From: Clostridia bacterium
GTDB taxonomy: Bacteria; Bacillota; Clostridia; Saccharofermentanales; UBA5734
Direction of reading: 5' to 3'
Assembly: GCA_009928985.1 (NCBI GenBank)
Contig: SABL01000001.1
Span: 3,023-67,022, forward strand
Length of the DNA: 64,000 nt
In this document: positions 1 to 9,586 of the stretch, one piece after another
Numbering within the stretch: position 1 is the first letter of the stretch
How the letters are laid out: each line of letters starts with the position of its first letter
Notes under the pieces: model-generated
The model's input: only the letters and a program-made list of their open reading frames with translations
What the model was told of the DNA's origin: nothing
Database searches by the model: none
Translations under genes and position numbers: made by a program

Positions 1-2
1 GG

Positions 3-1046
3 CTGGCCTTGCACATTGACCATGTCCGTGATGAAATTGCTGAACTGGAAGCCCGAGCTCAGGAGCCTGGTTTCTGGGAGGATGTTGAACGAGCCCAGAA
101 GATCCAGACCAAGGTCAAACACCTGCAGAAAAAGGTGGATCGTTTCCAGGCCCTGGTTTCGGAGCACAACGATCTCGAGGTGCTCCGTGAGCTGGGTGAA
201 GAAGCCGAAGACGCGGAAATTGCGGCAGAAATCGGCGAAAACCTGAAAAAGCTCCGCGACGATTTCGAGCAGATGCGGTTGGAAACGTTGTTTACCGGCG
301 AACATGATGACAGCAATGCCATTATCACCTTGCATGCGGGTGCCGGCGGTACGGAAGCGCAAGACTGGAACGAAATGCTCTACCGCATGTACACCCGCTG
401 GGCTGAAGCGCATGATTTCGAGATCAAGCTGCTGGATATCCTGGATGGTGACGAAGCAGGCTTGAAAAGCGTGTCCTTCATGCTGATCGGCGATAATGCC
501 TATGGGTACATGAAATCCGAGATGGGGGTTCATCGCCTGGTCCGGATTTCACCGTTTGATTCATCCGGCCGTCGTCACACCTCCTTTGCGTCCGTCGAAG
601 TCATGCCGGAACTGGATGACTCAATCAAGATCGACATCCGGTCCGAAGACCTCAGAGTGGACACCTACCGCTCGTCCGGTGCTGGCGGCCAGCACGTCAA
701 CAAGACCGAATCAGCCATCCGCCTGACGCATCTTCCGACTGGCGTGGTTGTCTCTTGCCAGACCGAACGTTCGCAGGTCCAGAACCGGGAAACAGCGATG
801 GGCATGCTCAAGGCGAAACTGTTTGCCCTGGCGCGGGCAGCCCAGATGGACCGGATCGAAGACCTCAAGGGCAATCAGATGGCCATCGCCTGGGGCAGCC
901 AGATCCGGTCCTATGTCTTCTGCCCCTACACCATGGTCAAGGATCTGCGCACGGGATATGAAGTGGTGGATGTCGACAGTGTCATGGATGGCAATCTGGA
1001 TGGATTTATCAACGCCTATCTGTCTGGCCAGAAAGCAGTCAAATGA
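3..1046 (+). CDS. prfB: peptide chain release factor 2, 5' end cut by window edge
   Basis: RF2-specific SPF tripeptide (RISPFDSSGRRHTSF) and GGQ motif (SSGAGGQHVNKT). The frame is open to the window start, so the N-terminal ~25 codons and the usual +1 frameshift site would lie upstream. Confidence 0.95.
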   Translation: MALHIDHVRDEIAELEARAQEPGFWEDVERAQKIQTKVKHLQKKVDRFQALVSEHNDLEVLRELGEEAEDAEIAAEIGENLKKLRDDFEQMRLETLFTGEHDDSNAIITLHAGAGGTEAQDWNEMLYRMYTRWAEAHDFEIKLLDILDGDEAGLKSVSFMLIGDNAYGYMKSEMGVHRLVRISPFDSSGRRHTSFASVEVMPELDDSIKIDIRSEDLRVDTYRSSGAGGQHVNKTESAIRLTHLPTGVVVSCQTERSQVQNRETAMGMLKAKLFALARAAQMDRIEDLKGNQMAIAWGSQIRSYVFCPYTMVKDLRTGYEVVDVDSVMDGNLDGFINAYLSGQKAVK

Positions 1047-1900
1047 GTGCTGGCAACCAAAGGCAACCGGACGAACTTCTGTCTGCACTGGCAGAAGCCA
1101 TCAAACCTCTGGGGAAAATTGCCGTAGCCAGCTCAGGCGGTGTTGACAGCACCGTCTTGCTTGTTGCTGCAGCACACATTCTGGGTCCGGACCAGGTTCT
1201 TGCTGTGACAGCGCTGGCTCCGATGGTTCCATTAGATGACCAGGCAGATGCCAGCCGACTCTCTGACCTTGCCGGTGTCAGGCACTTGGTCGCCCGCTTG
1301 CCGGAGTCGATCCTCGATCTGCCGCCTTTTGCCGAAAATCCACCGGACCGTTGCTACCATTGTAAAAAGATCATCTTTGATGCCTTGCTGGCCTTGGCCC
1401 GCGGGGCAGGGTTCAAAGTCTTGTGTGACGGCACCAATCGCGACGATCTCAAGGACTACAGGCCCGGACTTCGGGCCCTGCAGGAAATGAAGGTTGTGAG
1501 CCCCCTGGCCGAGGCCGGTTTCACGAAAGCTGAAGTTCGCACCCTGGCGGCACTGCTCTGTCCGGATGTTGCGGCAAAACCAGCCATGGCCTGCCTGGCC
1601 ACCCGCATTCCAACCCATACCCCTGTCACCCTGGCGGCGATGGCCCGGATTGACAAGGCAGAAAGTTTGCTGCGCCAGAAGGGCCTGGATCAGGTTCGCG
1701 TGCGTGACCATGCCGGGCTGGCCCGGGTCGAACTCGATCCGGCTGTCCTGGAAAGAGGCCTGGCACCAGAGTTGATCGCACTTTTGCGCGACAGTCTCAA
1801 TGAAGCAGGATTTGACTTTGCCACCCTTGATCTGCAAGGTTACCGGAGTGGCAGCATGAATCCGGCAGCCAAACCCACCGGGCAGGAAGAAACACCATGA
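1043..1900 (+). CDS. larE: LarE-type ATP-dependent sulfur transferase (PP-loop ATPase) for the nickel-pincer nucleotide cofactor
   Basis: PP-loop SSGGVDS near the N-terminus and a LarE-like length. Context is larB and larC directly downstream. ATGA start/stop overlap with prfB. Confidence 0.85.
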   Translation: MSAGNQRQPDELLSALAEAIKPLGKIAVASSGGVDSTVLLVAAAHILGPDQVLAVTALAPMVPLDDQADASRLSDLAGVRHLVARLPESILDLPPFAENPPDRCYHCKKIIFDALLALARGAGFKVLCDGTNRDDLKDYRPGLRALQEMKVVSPLAEAGFTKAEVRTLAALLCPDVAAKPAMACLATRIPTHTPVTLAAMARIDKAESLLRQKGLDQVRVRDHAGLARVELDPAVLERGLAPELIALLRDSLNEAGFDFATLDLQGYRSGSMNPAAKPTGQEETP

Positions 1901-2613
1901 TGACTGAACAATTTGAAGATTTGGGTTTTGCCAAGGTTGATCATTCGCGCAAATCCAGAAATGGGTTTGCCGAAGTTGTTTTCTGTGAAGGGAAGACACC
2001 TGAGCAGGCAGCCCAGATCGCAGCCAGTATCCTGGACCATGGTGATAACCTTTTAGCTACGCGGGCTGATCTGGAGCATTTCGAAGCCATCCAGGCTGTT
2101 GCACCCGATGCGTCTTACTCTGCCCGGGCCCGGGTGATCACCGTCCGCAGGACCTCTGTCACGTCATTGGGTGAGGTGGCTGTTGTTTCGGCCGGGACCG
2201 CAGACCAGCCAGTGGCAGAAGAAGCAGCTTTGACAGCTGAAGCCCTGGGCTGTACCGTTCGGCGCTTTTCCGACGTTGGCGTTGCCGGCCTGCACCGCCT
2301 CCTGGCAGTCATCGATGATATCCGCCAGGCTGATGTCATCATTGCAGTTGCTGGCATGGAAGGTGCCCTGGTCAGCGTCCTGGGTGGCCTGGTCGACAAA
2401 CCTGTCCTGGCTGTGCCATCTGGTATCGGCTATGGTGCTAATTTCGGTGGTGTGACGACCTTGCTGGCCATGGTCAATTCCTGTGCCAGCGGTGTGGCTG
2501 TCCTCAACATCGGCAATGGTTTTGGTGCCGGGTTCATGGCAGCGACCATTTGCCGCCAGATCGACCAGCGCGTCAAGTCCGCCCTGGCACGAAGAGACAG
2601 TGAAAGGCAGTAA
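1897..2613 (+). CDS. larB: LarB, pyridinium-3,5-biscarboxylic acid mononucleotide synthase (PurE-like fold)
   Basis: N-terminal FAKVDHSRKSRNGFAEVVFCEGKT followed by an AIR-carboxylase-like Gly-rich C-terminal half. ATGA overlap with larE. Confidence 0.85.
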   Translation: MMTEQFEDLGFAKVDHSRKSRNGFAEVVFCEGKTPEQAAQIAASILDHGDNLLATRADLEHFEAIQAVAPDASYSARARVITVRRTSVTSLGEVAVVSAGTADQPVAEEAALTAEALGCTVRRFSDVGVAGLHRLLAVIDDIRQADVIIAVAGMEGALVSVLGGLVDKPVLAVPSGIGYGANFGGVTTLLAMVNSCASGVAVLNIGNGFGAGFMAATICRQIDQRVKSALARRDSERQ

Positions 2614-2618
2614 ATCGC

Positions 2619-3992
2619 ATGAAGCAGAAAATCCTCTACCTGGATTGTTTTTCCGGCATCAGCGGCGACATGTTCCTGGGTGCATTGATCGATAGCGGTG
2701 TCCCTTTGTCAGTCGTCGAAACGGGTTTGCAGGCTCTCGGCCTGGCAAGTGAATACCATCTTCACGCCGGGAAAACCAGCAAAAGCGGCATCCAGGGCAC
2801 CTCCTTCCAGGTGCATCTGACTGACCGTCATCACGATCACAACCACGACAACCTACATCACGACGATCATCACCACCACAGCGACCATCACCATAACGAT
2901 CATACTCACGGCGACCATCACCATCCGGATGACCATCATCATCAACATGGCCGGACCTATGGCGACATCCGTCATCTGATCGAAACAACCCATTTGCCCG
3001 AAACGGTGCGCCAGCTGGCCCTCAAGGTTTTTCTCGAAATCGGCCAGGCCGAAGCAGCTGTGCATGGGGTACCACTGGACCAGGTCCATTTCCACGAAGT
3101 CGGGGCGATCGATTCCATTGTCGATATCGTGGGAGCAGCGATAGCCCTCGATTACCTCAAGATCGACCAGATCGTTTCATCCCCGCTCCATGACGGCTCC
3201 GGAACCATTGTCTGCCAGCATGGCACCATGCCGGTTCCTGTGCCTGCCGTCATGAAAATGCTGGAAAATACAGACATCCCCTATGTGACGGGAACCTGCC
3301 AGACGGAACTGGTCACGCCAACCGGATTTGCCCTGGTCAAGTCGCTGGCGTATGCCTTTGGGTCCATGCCCCAGATGAAACGGCTGGTGACTGGCTATGG
3401 TTTTGGCCAGCGGGAGATTGGCCGCCTCAATGCCCTGCGCGTCATTGTCGGCGAGTCGGGCGATCCTGAGACACCCATTGCCCCTGCCTTTTCAGGGCAG
3501 GAGGGAGACCGCACCAACGAAGAATTGCTCGCACAGAGTTTTGATCCGGCAGAAATGGATCGCGTCGTCCTGTTGTCCTGTCATATCGATAACTCTACAG
3601 CTGAGCAGCTCGGCTTTTTAGTTGAAATCCTGCTCAACCGTGGTGTTCTGGACGTGGCATTCAGTCCACTGCAGATGAAAAAGAATCGTCCGGGACAGTT
3701 GTTGACAGTCATCACACCGCCCAGTCTGGAAAAAGAAACCGTTGGTCTTTTGTTCACACACACTGGTACGATCGGTATCCGGCGCGAGTGGATTGACCGC
3801 CATGTGATGACCCGGACCCTTTCGACTGTGACGATCCTCGGGCAAACCATCCGGATCAAGACCGTCCAATGGCAGGGCATCAGCCGATCCTACCCAGAGC
3901 ATGAGGATGTGGCTGGATTGGCCCGACATCTTCAGATCAGCCTGGACGAGGCCAATAACCGGATCAGGGCGGCCATGGACCGTCTGGTTTGA
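2619..3992 (+). CDS. larC: LarC, nickel insertion protein (NPN cofactor nickel chelatase), single unsplit ORF
   Basis: N-terminal YLDCFSGISGDMFLGALID motif, an internal His-rich tract, and a C-terminal LarC2-like domain. Starts 5 nt after larB. Confidence 0.85.
   Translation: MKQKILYLDCFSGISGDMFLGALIDSGVPLSVVETGLQALGLASEYHLHAGKTSKSGIQGTSFQVHLTDRHHDHNHDNLHHDDHHHHSDHHHNDHTHGDHHHPDDHHHQHGRTYGDIRHLIETTHLPETVRQLALKVFLEIGQAEAAVHGVPLDQVHFHEVGAIDSIVDIVGAAIALDYLKIDQIVSSPLHDGSGTIVCQHGTMPVPVPAVMKMLENTDIPYVTGTCQTELVTPTGFALVKSLAYAFGSMPQMKRLVTGYGFGQREIGRLNALRVIVGESGDPETPIAPAFSGQEGDRTNEELLAQSFDPAEMDRVVLLSCHIDNSTAEQLGFLVEILLNRGVLDVAFSPLQMKKNRPGQLLTVITPPSLEKETVGLLFTHTGTIGIRREWIDRHVMTRTLSTVTILGQTIRIKTVQWQGISRSYPEHEDVAGLARHLQISLDEANNRIRAAMDRLV
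2829..2948 (+). repeat. His/Asp-rich low-complexity coding tract inside larC
   Basis: The translation HHDHNHDNLHHDDHHHHSDHHHNDHTHGDHHHPDDHHHQH has 22 His and 9 Asp in 40 residues, encoded by cat/cac/gat/gac repeats. Confidence 0.9.
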
Positions 3993-4084
3993 CGAACGAT
4001 AGCCCCCTTGTTAAACTTGAAGCGATTTGCAGCCTGATTTCGCACCTAGCGAATGGATTTGCCCTTTAAAGCGGAGGAACCTGA

Positions 4085-4585
4085 ATGCCAAAAAAAGTGC
4101 TTGTCGTCATGGGATCTGATTCTGATTACCCCGTCATGGAAGCGTGTTTCAAGACCTTGCGTGATTTCGGCGTACCCTTTGATGCAACCGTCTGCTCCGC
4201 CCATCGCACCCCTGACCGCGCTGCTGAACTGGCCAAATCAGCTGCTGCCGAGGGCTTTGGCGTCATCATTGCCGCCGCTGGCCTGGCTGCCCATCTGCCT
4301 GGTGTTCTGGCTGCCATGACCACCCTGCCTGTGATCGGGGTTCCCATCCATGGTGGCGCCCTGAATGGTCTGGACGCCCTGTACGCCATCGTCCAGATGC
4401 CCAGTGGCATACCAGTGGCTACGGTTGCCATCGATGGCGCAGCCAATGCCGCCATTCTGGCTGTCCAGATGCTCAGCCTGGGAGATCCCGGGCTGATGGA
4501 CAAGCTGGATGACCACAAAGCTGGACTGGCTGACGAAGTGGCCAAACGCAATTTGCGCCTCCAGGAGAAACTAAAAAGCCTGTGA
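4085..4585 (+). CDS. purE: 5-(carboxyamino)imidazole ribonucleotide mutase, class I-like PurE
   Basis: Motifs GSDSD, CSAHRTPD and AAGLAAHLPGVLAAMT, ~166 aa. SD-like GGAGGA upstream. Confidence 0.9.
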   Translation: MPKKVLVVMGSDSDYPVMEACFKTLRDFGVPFDATVCSAHRTPDRAAELAKSAAAEGFGVIIAAAGLAAHLPGVLAAMTTLPVIGVPIHGGALNGLDALYAIVQMPSGIPVATVAIDGAANAAILAVQMLSLGDPGLMDKLDDHKAGLADEVAKRNLRLQEKLKSL

Positions 4586-4604
4586 CATCATTGGGAGACC
4601 ACAT

Positions 4605-6038
4605 ATGATACATGATGAATGCGGCGTTTTTGCTGTTTACGATCCTTCCGGTACGATCCAGGATGCATCCCGCCTGGCATTCCTTGGCTTGTTCAGCCTC
4701 CAGCATCGCGGGGAAGACAGTTCCGGGATCGCCGTCAACCAGTCCGGCACGCTGATCTGCCAGCGCCGGCGCGGTCTGGTGACTGAAGGTTTCGACGAAA
4801 TGGCCATCCAAGTCTTGAAAGGACACGCCAGCATCGGTCATGTCCGATATCCCTCGCCTCTGGACCAGAGTCTGGAAGCCGCCCAGCCAATGCTGATCAA
4901 GTCCCGCCGGGGCCAGATAGCCCTGGCCTTCAATGGAGCCTTGACGAATGCTGCCCAGTTGCGCAGCCAGCTGCAGGAGCAGGGTGCCATTTTCCAGTCC
5001 CGGGCTGATTCCGAAATCATTCTCGCTCTCTTGGCGCGGCACCAGGTCCTCGAAGACAATCTGGAGGCTTCTCTCTTGGCCATGCAGTCTGAACTTCAAG
5101 GCGCCTATGCACTGGTCCTGATGACGGCTGACCGGGTGGTCGGCGTCAGGGATCCGCACGGGATCAGACCCTTGTCTCTCGGCGAGCGCGATGGCATTTT
5201 CATGCTCTCATCCGAAAGCTGTGCGATCGATGCGGCCGGTGGACTGTTTTTACGCGATGTCAAGCCGGGTGAAATCATCAGCCTGACAACATCAGGCGTT
5301 GCCTCCCGATTGCCAGCCGAACCGTCCAGCCGCCACTCCTGTTTGTTCGAATATGTCTACTTTGCCCGCCCGGACAGCATCCTGGACGGGACGAATGTCT
5401 TTGCCGCACGTACAGCCGCCGGTCGTCAGCTGGCGATCGAACAGCCCTGCTCGGCAGATTTGGTCATTGGTGCCCCCGATTCCGGGCTGGCAGCCTCGAT
5501 TGGATATGCAGAGGCGCTGGACATTCAGCATGGCAGTGGACTTTTGAAAAACCGCTATGTTGGCCGCACCTTCCTGCACGCGGACCAGATACGGCGGGAA
5601 TGGCTGGTCGATTTGAAATTCACAGCGCTGGTCGATGCGGTGAAGGGCAAGTCCATTGTCCTGGTGGATGACTCGATCGTCCGTGGGACCACGACACGCC
5701 GGGTGATCAGCCTGCTGCGCCAGGCCGGAGCCCGGGCCGTCCACATGCGCGTCGCTTCGCCCCCGCTGCAATACCCCTGCCTGTATGGCATCGATACCCC
5801 TGGACAGCATGATCTGTCGGCCTGCGAAATGAACCTGCAGCAACTCACAGAACACATCGGTGCGGATAGCCTGCAATTTTTGAGCCTTGCCGGCCTTCAG
5901 GTTGCCTGTGGCGATCCCGGCACCAGCTGCTCAGCCTGCTTCACGGGCCATTACCCGGTTGCACCTTCAGCTGCCATTGCCGCCAGCATCCGGCACATTG
6001 AACCGGACTGGTTTTTTGGCCGGCAGGAAACAAGGTAA
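4605..6038 (+). CDS. purF: amidophosphoribosyltransferase
   Basis: N-terminal nucleophile context ECGVFAV, a PRTase loop VLVDDSIVRGTT, and a C-terminal Cys cluster. Confidence 0.95.
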   Translation: MIHDECGVFAVYDPSGTIQDASRLAFLGLFSLQHRGEDSSGIAVNQSGTLICQRRRGLVTEGFDEMAIQVLKGHASIGHVRYPSPLDQSLEAAQPMLIKSRRGQIALAFNGALTNAAQLRSQLQEQGAIFQSRADSEIILALLARHQVLEDNLEASLLAMQSELQGAYALVLMTADRVVGVRDPHGIRPLSLGERDGIFMLSSESCAIDAAGGLFLRDVKPGEIISLTTSGVASRLPAEPSSRHSCLFEYVYFARPDSILDGTNVFAARTAAGRQLAIEQPCSADLVIGAPDSGLAASIGYAEALDIQHGSGLLKNRYVGRTFLHADQIRREWLVDLKFTALVDAVKGKSIVLVDDSIVRGTTTRRVISLLRQAGARAVHMRVASPPLQYPCLYGIDTPGQHDLSACEMNLQQLTEHIGADSLQFLSLAGLQVACGDPGTSCSACFTGHYPVAPSAAIAASIRHIEPDWFFGRQETR

Positions 6039-6046
6039 ACGCAAAG

Positions 6047-6682
6047 ATGTTCAAACTGGCCATTTTTGTTTCTGGCGGCGGTACAAACCTGCAAGCCATC
6101 CTGGACCAGATTGCAGCAGGCCATCTGCCGGGTGTCGCCATCGCCTGTGTCCTGGCCTCCAAGCCAGGCACGTATGCCCAAGTCCGGGCGGAGCGTGCCG
6201 GAATCCCTTGCCACGTCGTTGCCCGCAGGGAATTTCCAGATCTCGTTTCCTACGACCAGGCCATTCTTGCTGCGCTCAAGCCTTATGCGATCGACCTGGT
6301 TGTCCTGGCCGGTTTTCTAAGCTTGCTCGGCCCAGACTTCATAGCTGCATACCGCAACACAATCATCAACATCCATCCATCCCTGATCCCAGCCTTCTGT
6401 GGTCCGGGCCTTTATGGCATCAAGCCGCATCAGGCTGCCCTGGCTTATGGCGTCAAAGTGTCTGGCGCTACGGTCCATTTTGTGGACGAACAGTATGATG
6501 AAGGCCCCATCCTGCTGCAAAAGGCGGTTGACATCCTGGAGGGCGATACACCAGAAGATTTGCAGCAAAGGATCATGACCGAGGCGGAACAGGTGATTTT
6601 GCCCCAGGCCATTGCCTTGATTGCAGCTGGCCGGGTCCAGATCACTGACCGCCGCACCCAGATCAGCCCTGCCCATCCATAG
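6047..6682 (+). CDS. purN: phosphoribosylglycinamide formyltransferase
   Basis: Motifs LAIFVSGGGTNLQAI, NIHPSLIP and TVHFVDEQYDEGPI. Confidence 0.9.
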   Translation: MFKLAIFVSGGGTNLQAILDQIAAGHLPGVAIACVLASKPGTYAQVRAERAGIPCHVVARREFPDLVSYDQAILAALKPYAIDLVVLAGFLSLLGPDFIAAYRNTIINIHPSLIPAFCGPGLYGIKPHQAALAYGVKVSGATVHFVDEQYDEGPILLQKAVDILEGDTPEDLQQRIMTEAEQVILPQAIALIAAGRVQITDRRTQISPAHP

Positions 6683-6724
6683 ATACCATCCACCCTTACG
6701 TTCATGCATTTGGAGGTTACTAAA

Positions 6725-8266
6725 ATGATGAAACGCGCCCTGCTCAGTGTCTCAGACAAAACCGGCCTGATCGAACTGGCCACTCAACTGAATCAGCTTG
6801 GCATCGAGCTGCTTTCCACCGGTGGCACAGCGACCGCACTGGTCAGGGCCGGCATTCCGGTCACCAATGTGTCCGATGTGACTGGATTTCCAGAATGTCT
6901 CGACGGACGAGTCAAAACCTTGCATCCAAAAATCCATGGCGGGATCCTGGCCATCCGGGATAACCCAGAACACATGGCAACCATTGCCGGCCTCGGGATC
7001 GAGCCGATCGACCTGGTCATCATCAATCTCTACCCGTTCAAGCAGACGGTGATGAAACCCGGCGCCACGCCGGAAGAATGCATCGAGAATATCGACATCG
7101 GTGGCCCGAGCATGTTGCGTGCCGCTGCCAAAAATCACCACGACGTCACGGTCCTGGTCGATCCAGTTGATTATGCCCAGGTGCTCGGGGAAATCGAAGC
7201 CACTGGCAATACGACGCTGGCAACGCGTTTTGGCCTGGCCCGTAAAGTCTTTGAGCATACAGCTGCCTATGATGCCCTGATCGCCCAGTATTTCCAGAGT
7301 GCCGGCGACAAGGCCTTGCCCGGGCTGCTGACCTTGACCTATGAACGGGTGAGCAGCCTGCGCTATGGGGAGAACCCGCACCAGAGTGCCTCGTTCTATC
7401 GGGAAGCCCTGCCTAAGGCAGGATCGTTGACCGAGGCTGAGCAGCTGGGCGGCAAGGAACTGTCTTACAACAACATAGCCGACACGGATGCAGCCATTGC
7501 CCTGCTCAAGGAGTTTGCCGAACCGACCGTTGTTGCCATCAAACATGCCAATCCCTGTGGCGTCGGCAGTGCGGATTCCTTGCTGGCAGCCTGGACCAAA
7601 GCTTACGAAGCGGACAAAGTCTCCATCTTCGGCGGCATTGTTGCCCTGAATCGCACGGTCACGGCGGATGTGGCCGACCAGATGAAAGAAATCTTCCTCG
7701 AAGTCATCGTGGCCCCGGATTTTGCCCCCGATGCTCTGGAGATTCTCCAGAAAAAGAAAAACCTGCGTCTCTTGAAATTGCCGGCTGTAGCGGACCCGAT
7801 CGCAGCAGGTGAACAGATGATCAAGCAGGTTTATGGCGGCATCCTGGTCCAGGATCAGGATACCCAGGTTCTGACTGAAACAGGATTTACCGTTGTGACT
7901 GAAGCACAGCCTTCAGCCGCGGACCAGGATGACCTGCTGTTTGCCATGAAAGTGGTCAAGCATGTCAAATCCAACGCGATTGTCCTGGTCAAGAACCTTC
8001 AGACAGTCGGTATCGGGCCAGGTCAGCCCAACCGGATCACGTCGGCCGGGATTGCCATTGCCAATGCCGGGGAGAAAGCCAAAGGTTCGATCCTTGGTTC
8101 CGATGCATTCTTTCCCTTTGCCGATACGGTCCAGGCTGCTGCAGCTGCAGGCATCGCAGCCATCATCCAGCCAGGTGGTTCGATGCGCGACCAGGAGTCT
8201 ATCGACGCCTGCAATCAGGCCAAAATCCCGATGGCCTTCACCGGCATGCGCCATTTCCGTCATTGA
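6725..8266 (+). CDS. purH: bifunctional AICAR transformylase / IMP cyclohydrolase
   Basis: MGS-like N-terminus [13 protein letters not shown] and [12 protein letters not shown], with C-terminal AICARFT. The start is moved from the ORF-track start (6704) to the ATG at 6725, which follows GGAGG. Confidence 0.95.
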   Translation: MMKRALLSVSDKTGLIELATQLNQLGIELLSTGGTATALVRAGIPVTNVSDVTGFPECLDGRVKTLHPKIHGGILAIRDNPEHMATIAGLGIEPIDLVIINLYPFKQTVMKPGATPEECIENIDIGGPSMLRAAAKNHHDVTVLVDPVDYAQVLGEIEATGNTTLATRFGLARKVFEHTAAYDALIAQYFQSAGDKALPGLLTLTYERVSSLRYGENPHQSASFYREALPKAGSLTEAEQLGGKELSYNNIADTDAAIALLKEFAEPTVVAIKHANPCGVGSADSLLAAWTKAYEADKVSIFGGIVALNRTVTADVADQMKEIFLEVIVAPDFAPDALEILQKKKNLRLLKLPAVADPIAAGEQMIKQVYGGILVQDQDTQVLTETGFTVVTEAQPSAADQDDLLFAMKVVKHVKSNAIVLVKNLQTVGIGPGQPNRITSAGIAIANAGEKAKGSILGSDAFFPFADTVQAAAAAGIAAIIQPGGSMRDQESIDACNQAKIPMAFTGMRHFRH

Positions 8267-8335
8267 TACGAGCACCCTGGACCAGCCGGATACCTTTATG
8301 CCAGTAACACGAACACAAGGAGCACTTTTTCTGCC

Positions 8336-9586
8336 ATGAAAATTCTGATCGTTGGCGGCGGCGGCCGCGAACATGCCATCGCCTGGAAATTCAGCCAGAG
8401 TCCGCAGGTGACAACACTCTATTGTGCCCCGGGCAACGCCGGGATCGCCCAGCTTGCCACATGTGTCCCGATCAAGGCGACCGATCTGGATGCGATGGTC
8501 CGGTTTGCGGTGACAGAGGCCATCGATCTGGTTTTTGTTGCACCGGATGACCCGCTGGCCCTGGGCATGGTCGATGCCCTGCTGCAAGCTGGTATCCGGG
8601 CGTTCGGACCTTCCCGGGCAGCTGCCCGGATCGAAGCCAGCAAGTCGTTTGCCAAGGATCTGATGCGCCGTTACCAGATCCCGACCGCGGACTATGCTGT
8701 GTTTGAGTCAGTTGAACCAGCCCTGGCCTATCTCAATAGCTGCGATTTACCGATCGTCATCAAGGCTGACGGTCTTGCGCTGGGCAAAGGTGTCATCATC
8801 GCCCAGACTCAGCTGGAAGCTGAGCAGGCTGTGCGCGACATGCTGGAGGGCAATGCATTTGGCCAGGCAGGCAGCCGTGTGGTCATCGAGTCTTTCCTGA
8901 CCGGACCTGAGCTGACGGTCCTGGCCTTTGCCGATGGCAAAACTGTCGTGCCGATGGTGTCATCCCGGGATCACAAGCGAGCCTTTGACCATGACCAGGG
9001 GCCCAACACGGGCGGCATGGGGACCATTGCACCGGGCGCGAGCCTCTCGAAAGAAGTGCAAGACCAGATGATGGCAACCATTTTCCAGCCCACGATCCAT
9101 GCCATGGCTGCCGAAGGATGCCCGTTCAAAGGCGTCATTTACTTTGGCCTCATGCTGACGCCATCAGGACCGAAAGTCATTGAATACAATGCCCGTTTTG
9201 GTGATCCGGAAGCGCAGGTTGTCCTGCCCCTTCTGAAAACCGACCTGGTGGACATCTGCCTGGCTGTCCTGGAAGAACGGCTCGACCAGATCGAAATCTG
9301 CTGGCAGGACCGCTCTGCTTGCTGTGTGGTCCTGGCTTCTGGCGGCTATCCGGGCGCTTACACGACCGGCTTTCCGATATCCGGCCTGGACACTGTCACC
9401 GCAAGCCTGGTTTTCCATGCCGGGACCCGGCAAGAGGGCGCTGAGATCGTCACTGCCGGAGGACGCGTCCTGGGAGTGACCGCTGTTTCCGACTCGCTCG
9501 AGGATGCCATCCGTCAAGCCTATCGCGATGTCGCCAGGATCCACTTTGACCAGGTTCATTATCGCAAGGACATTGGCCGCACGTGA
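8336..9586 (+). CDS. purD: phosphoribosylamine--glycine ligase
   Basis: N-terminus MKILIVGGGGREHAIAWK, an ATP-grasp core, ~416 aa. Confidence 0.95.
   Translation: MKILIVGGGGREHAIAWKFSQSPQVTTLYCAPGNAGIAQLATCVPIKATDLDAMVRFAVTEAIDLVFVAPDDPLALGMVDALLQAGIRAFGPSRAAARIEASKSFAKDLMRRYQIPTADYAVFESVEPALAYLNSCDLPIVIKADGLALGKGVIIAQTQLEAEQAVRDMLEGNAFGQAGSRVVIESFLTGPELTVLAFADGKTVVPMVSSRDHKRAFDHDQGPNTGGMGTIAPGASLSKEVQDQMMATIFQPTIHAMAAEGCPFKGVIYFGLMLTPSGPKVIEYNARFGDPEAQVVLPLLKTDLVDICLAVLEERLDQIEICWQDRSACCVVLASGGYPGAYTTGFPISGLDTVTASLVFHAGTRQEGAEIVTAGGRVLGVTAVSDSLEDAIRQAYRDVARIHFDQVHYRKDIGRT

Noticed and set aside
1-30. prfB programmed +1 frameshift site
   Set aside because: The RF2 reading frame is already the post-shift frame at the window start. 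The CTT TGA-type shift site would lie upstream of position 1 and cannot be assessed.
2829-2948. Short tandem cat/cac/gat repeats considered as a CRISPR-like or microsatellite element
   Set aside because: They are in frame inside larC and encode the His/Asp tract, with no spacer-repeat periodicity. No CRISPR array was seen anywhere in the window.
3993-4084. Possible purine riboswitch or PurR box ahead of purE
   Set aside because: At 92 nt it is short for a purine riboswitch with an expression platform, and I could not fold the conserved three-way junction. A partial PurBox-like ACGAAC is present but has no properly spaced inverted partner, so it is not reported as a feature.
5887-6498. 203 aa Pro/Arg/Cys-rich ORF bridging the purF-purN junction
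   Set aside because: It is out of frame with two well-supported genes on the same strand, and its composition is typical of an off-frame read of GC-rich coding DNA.
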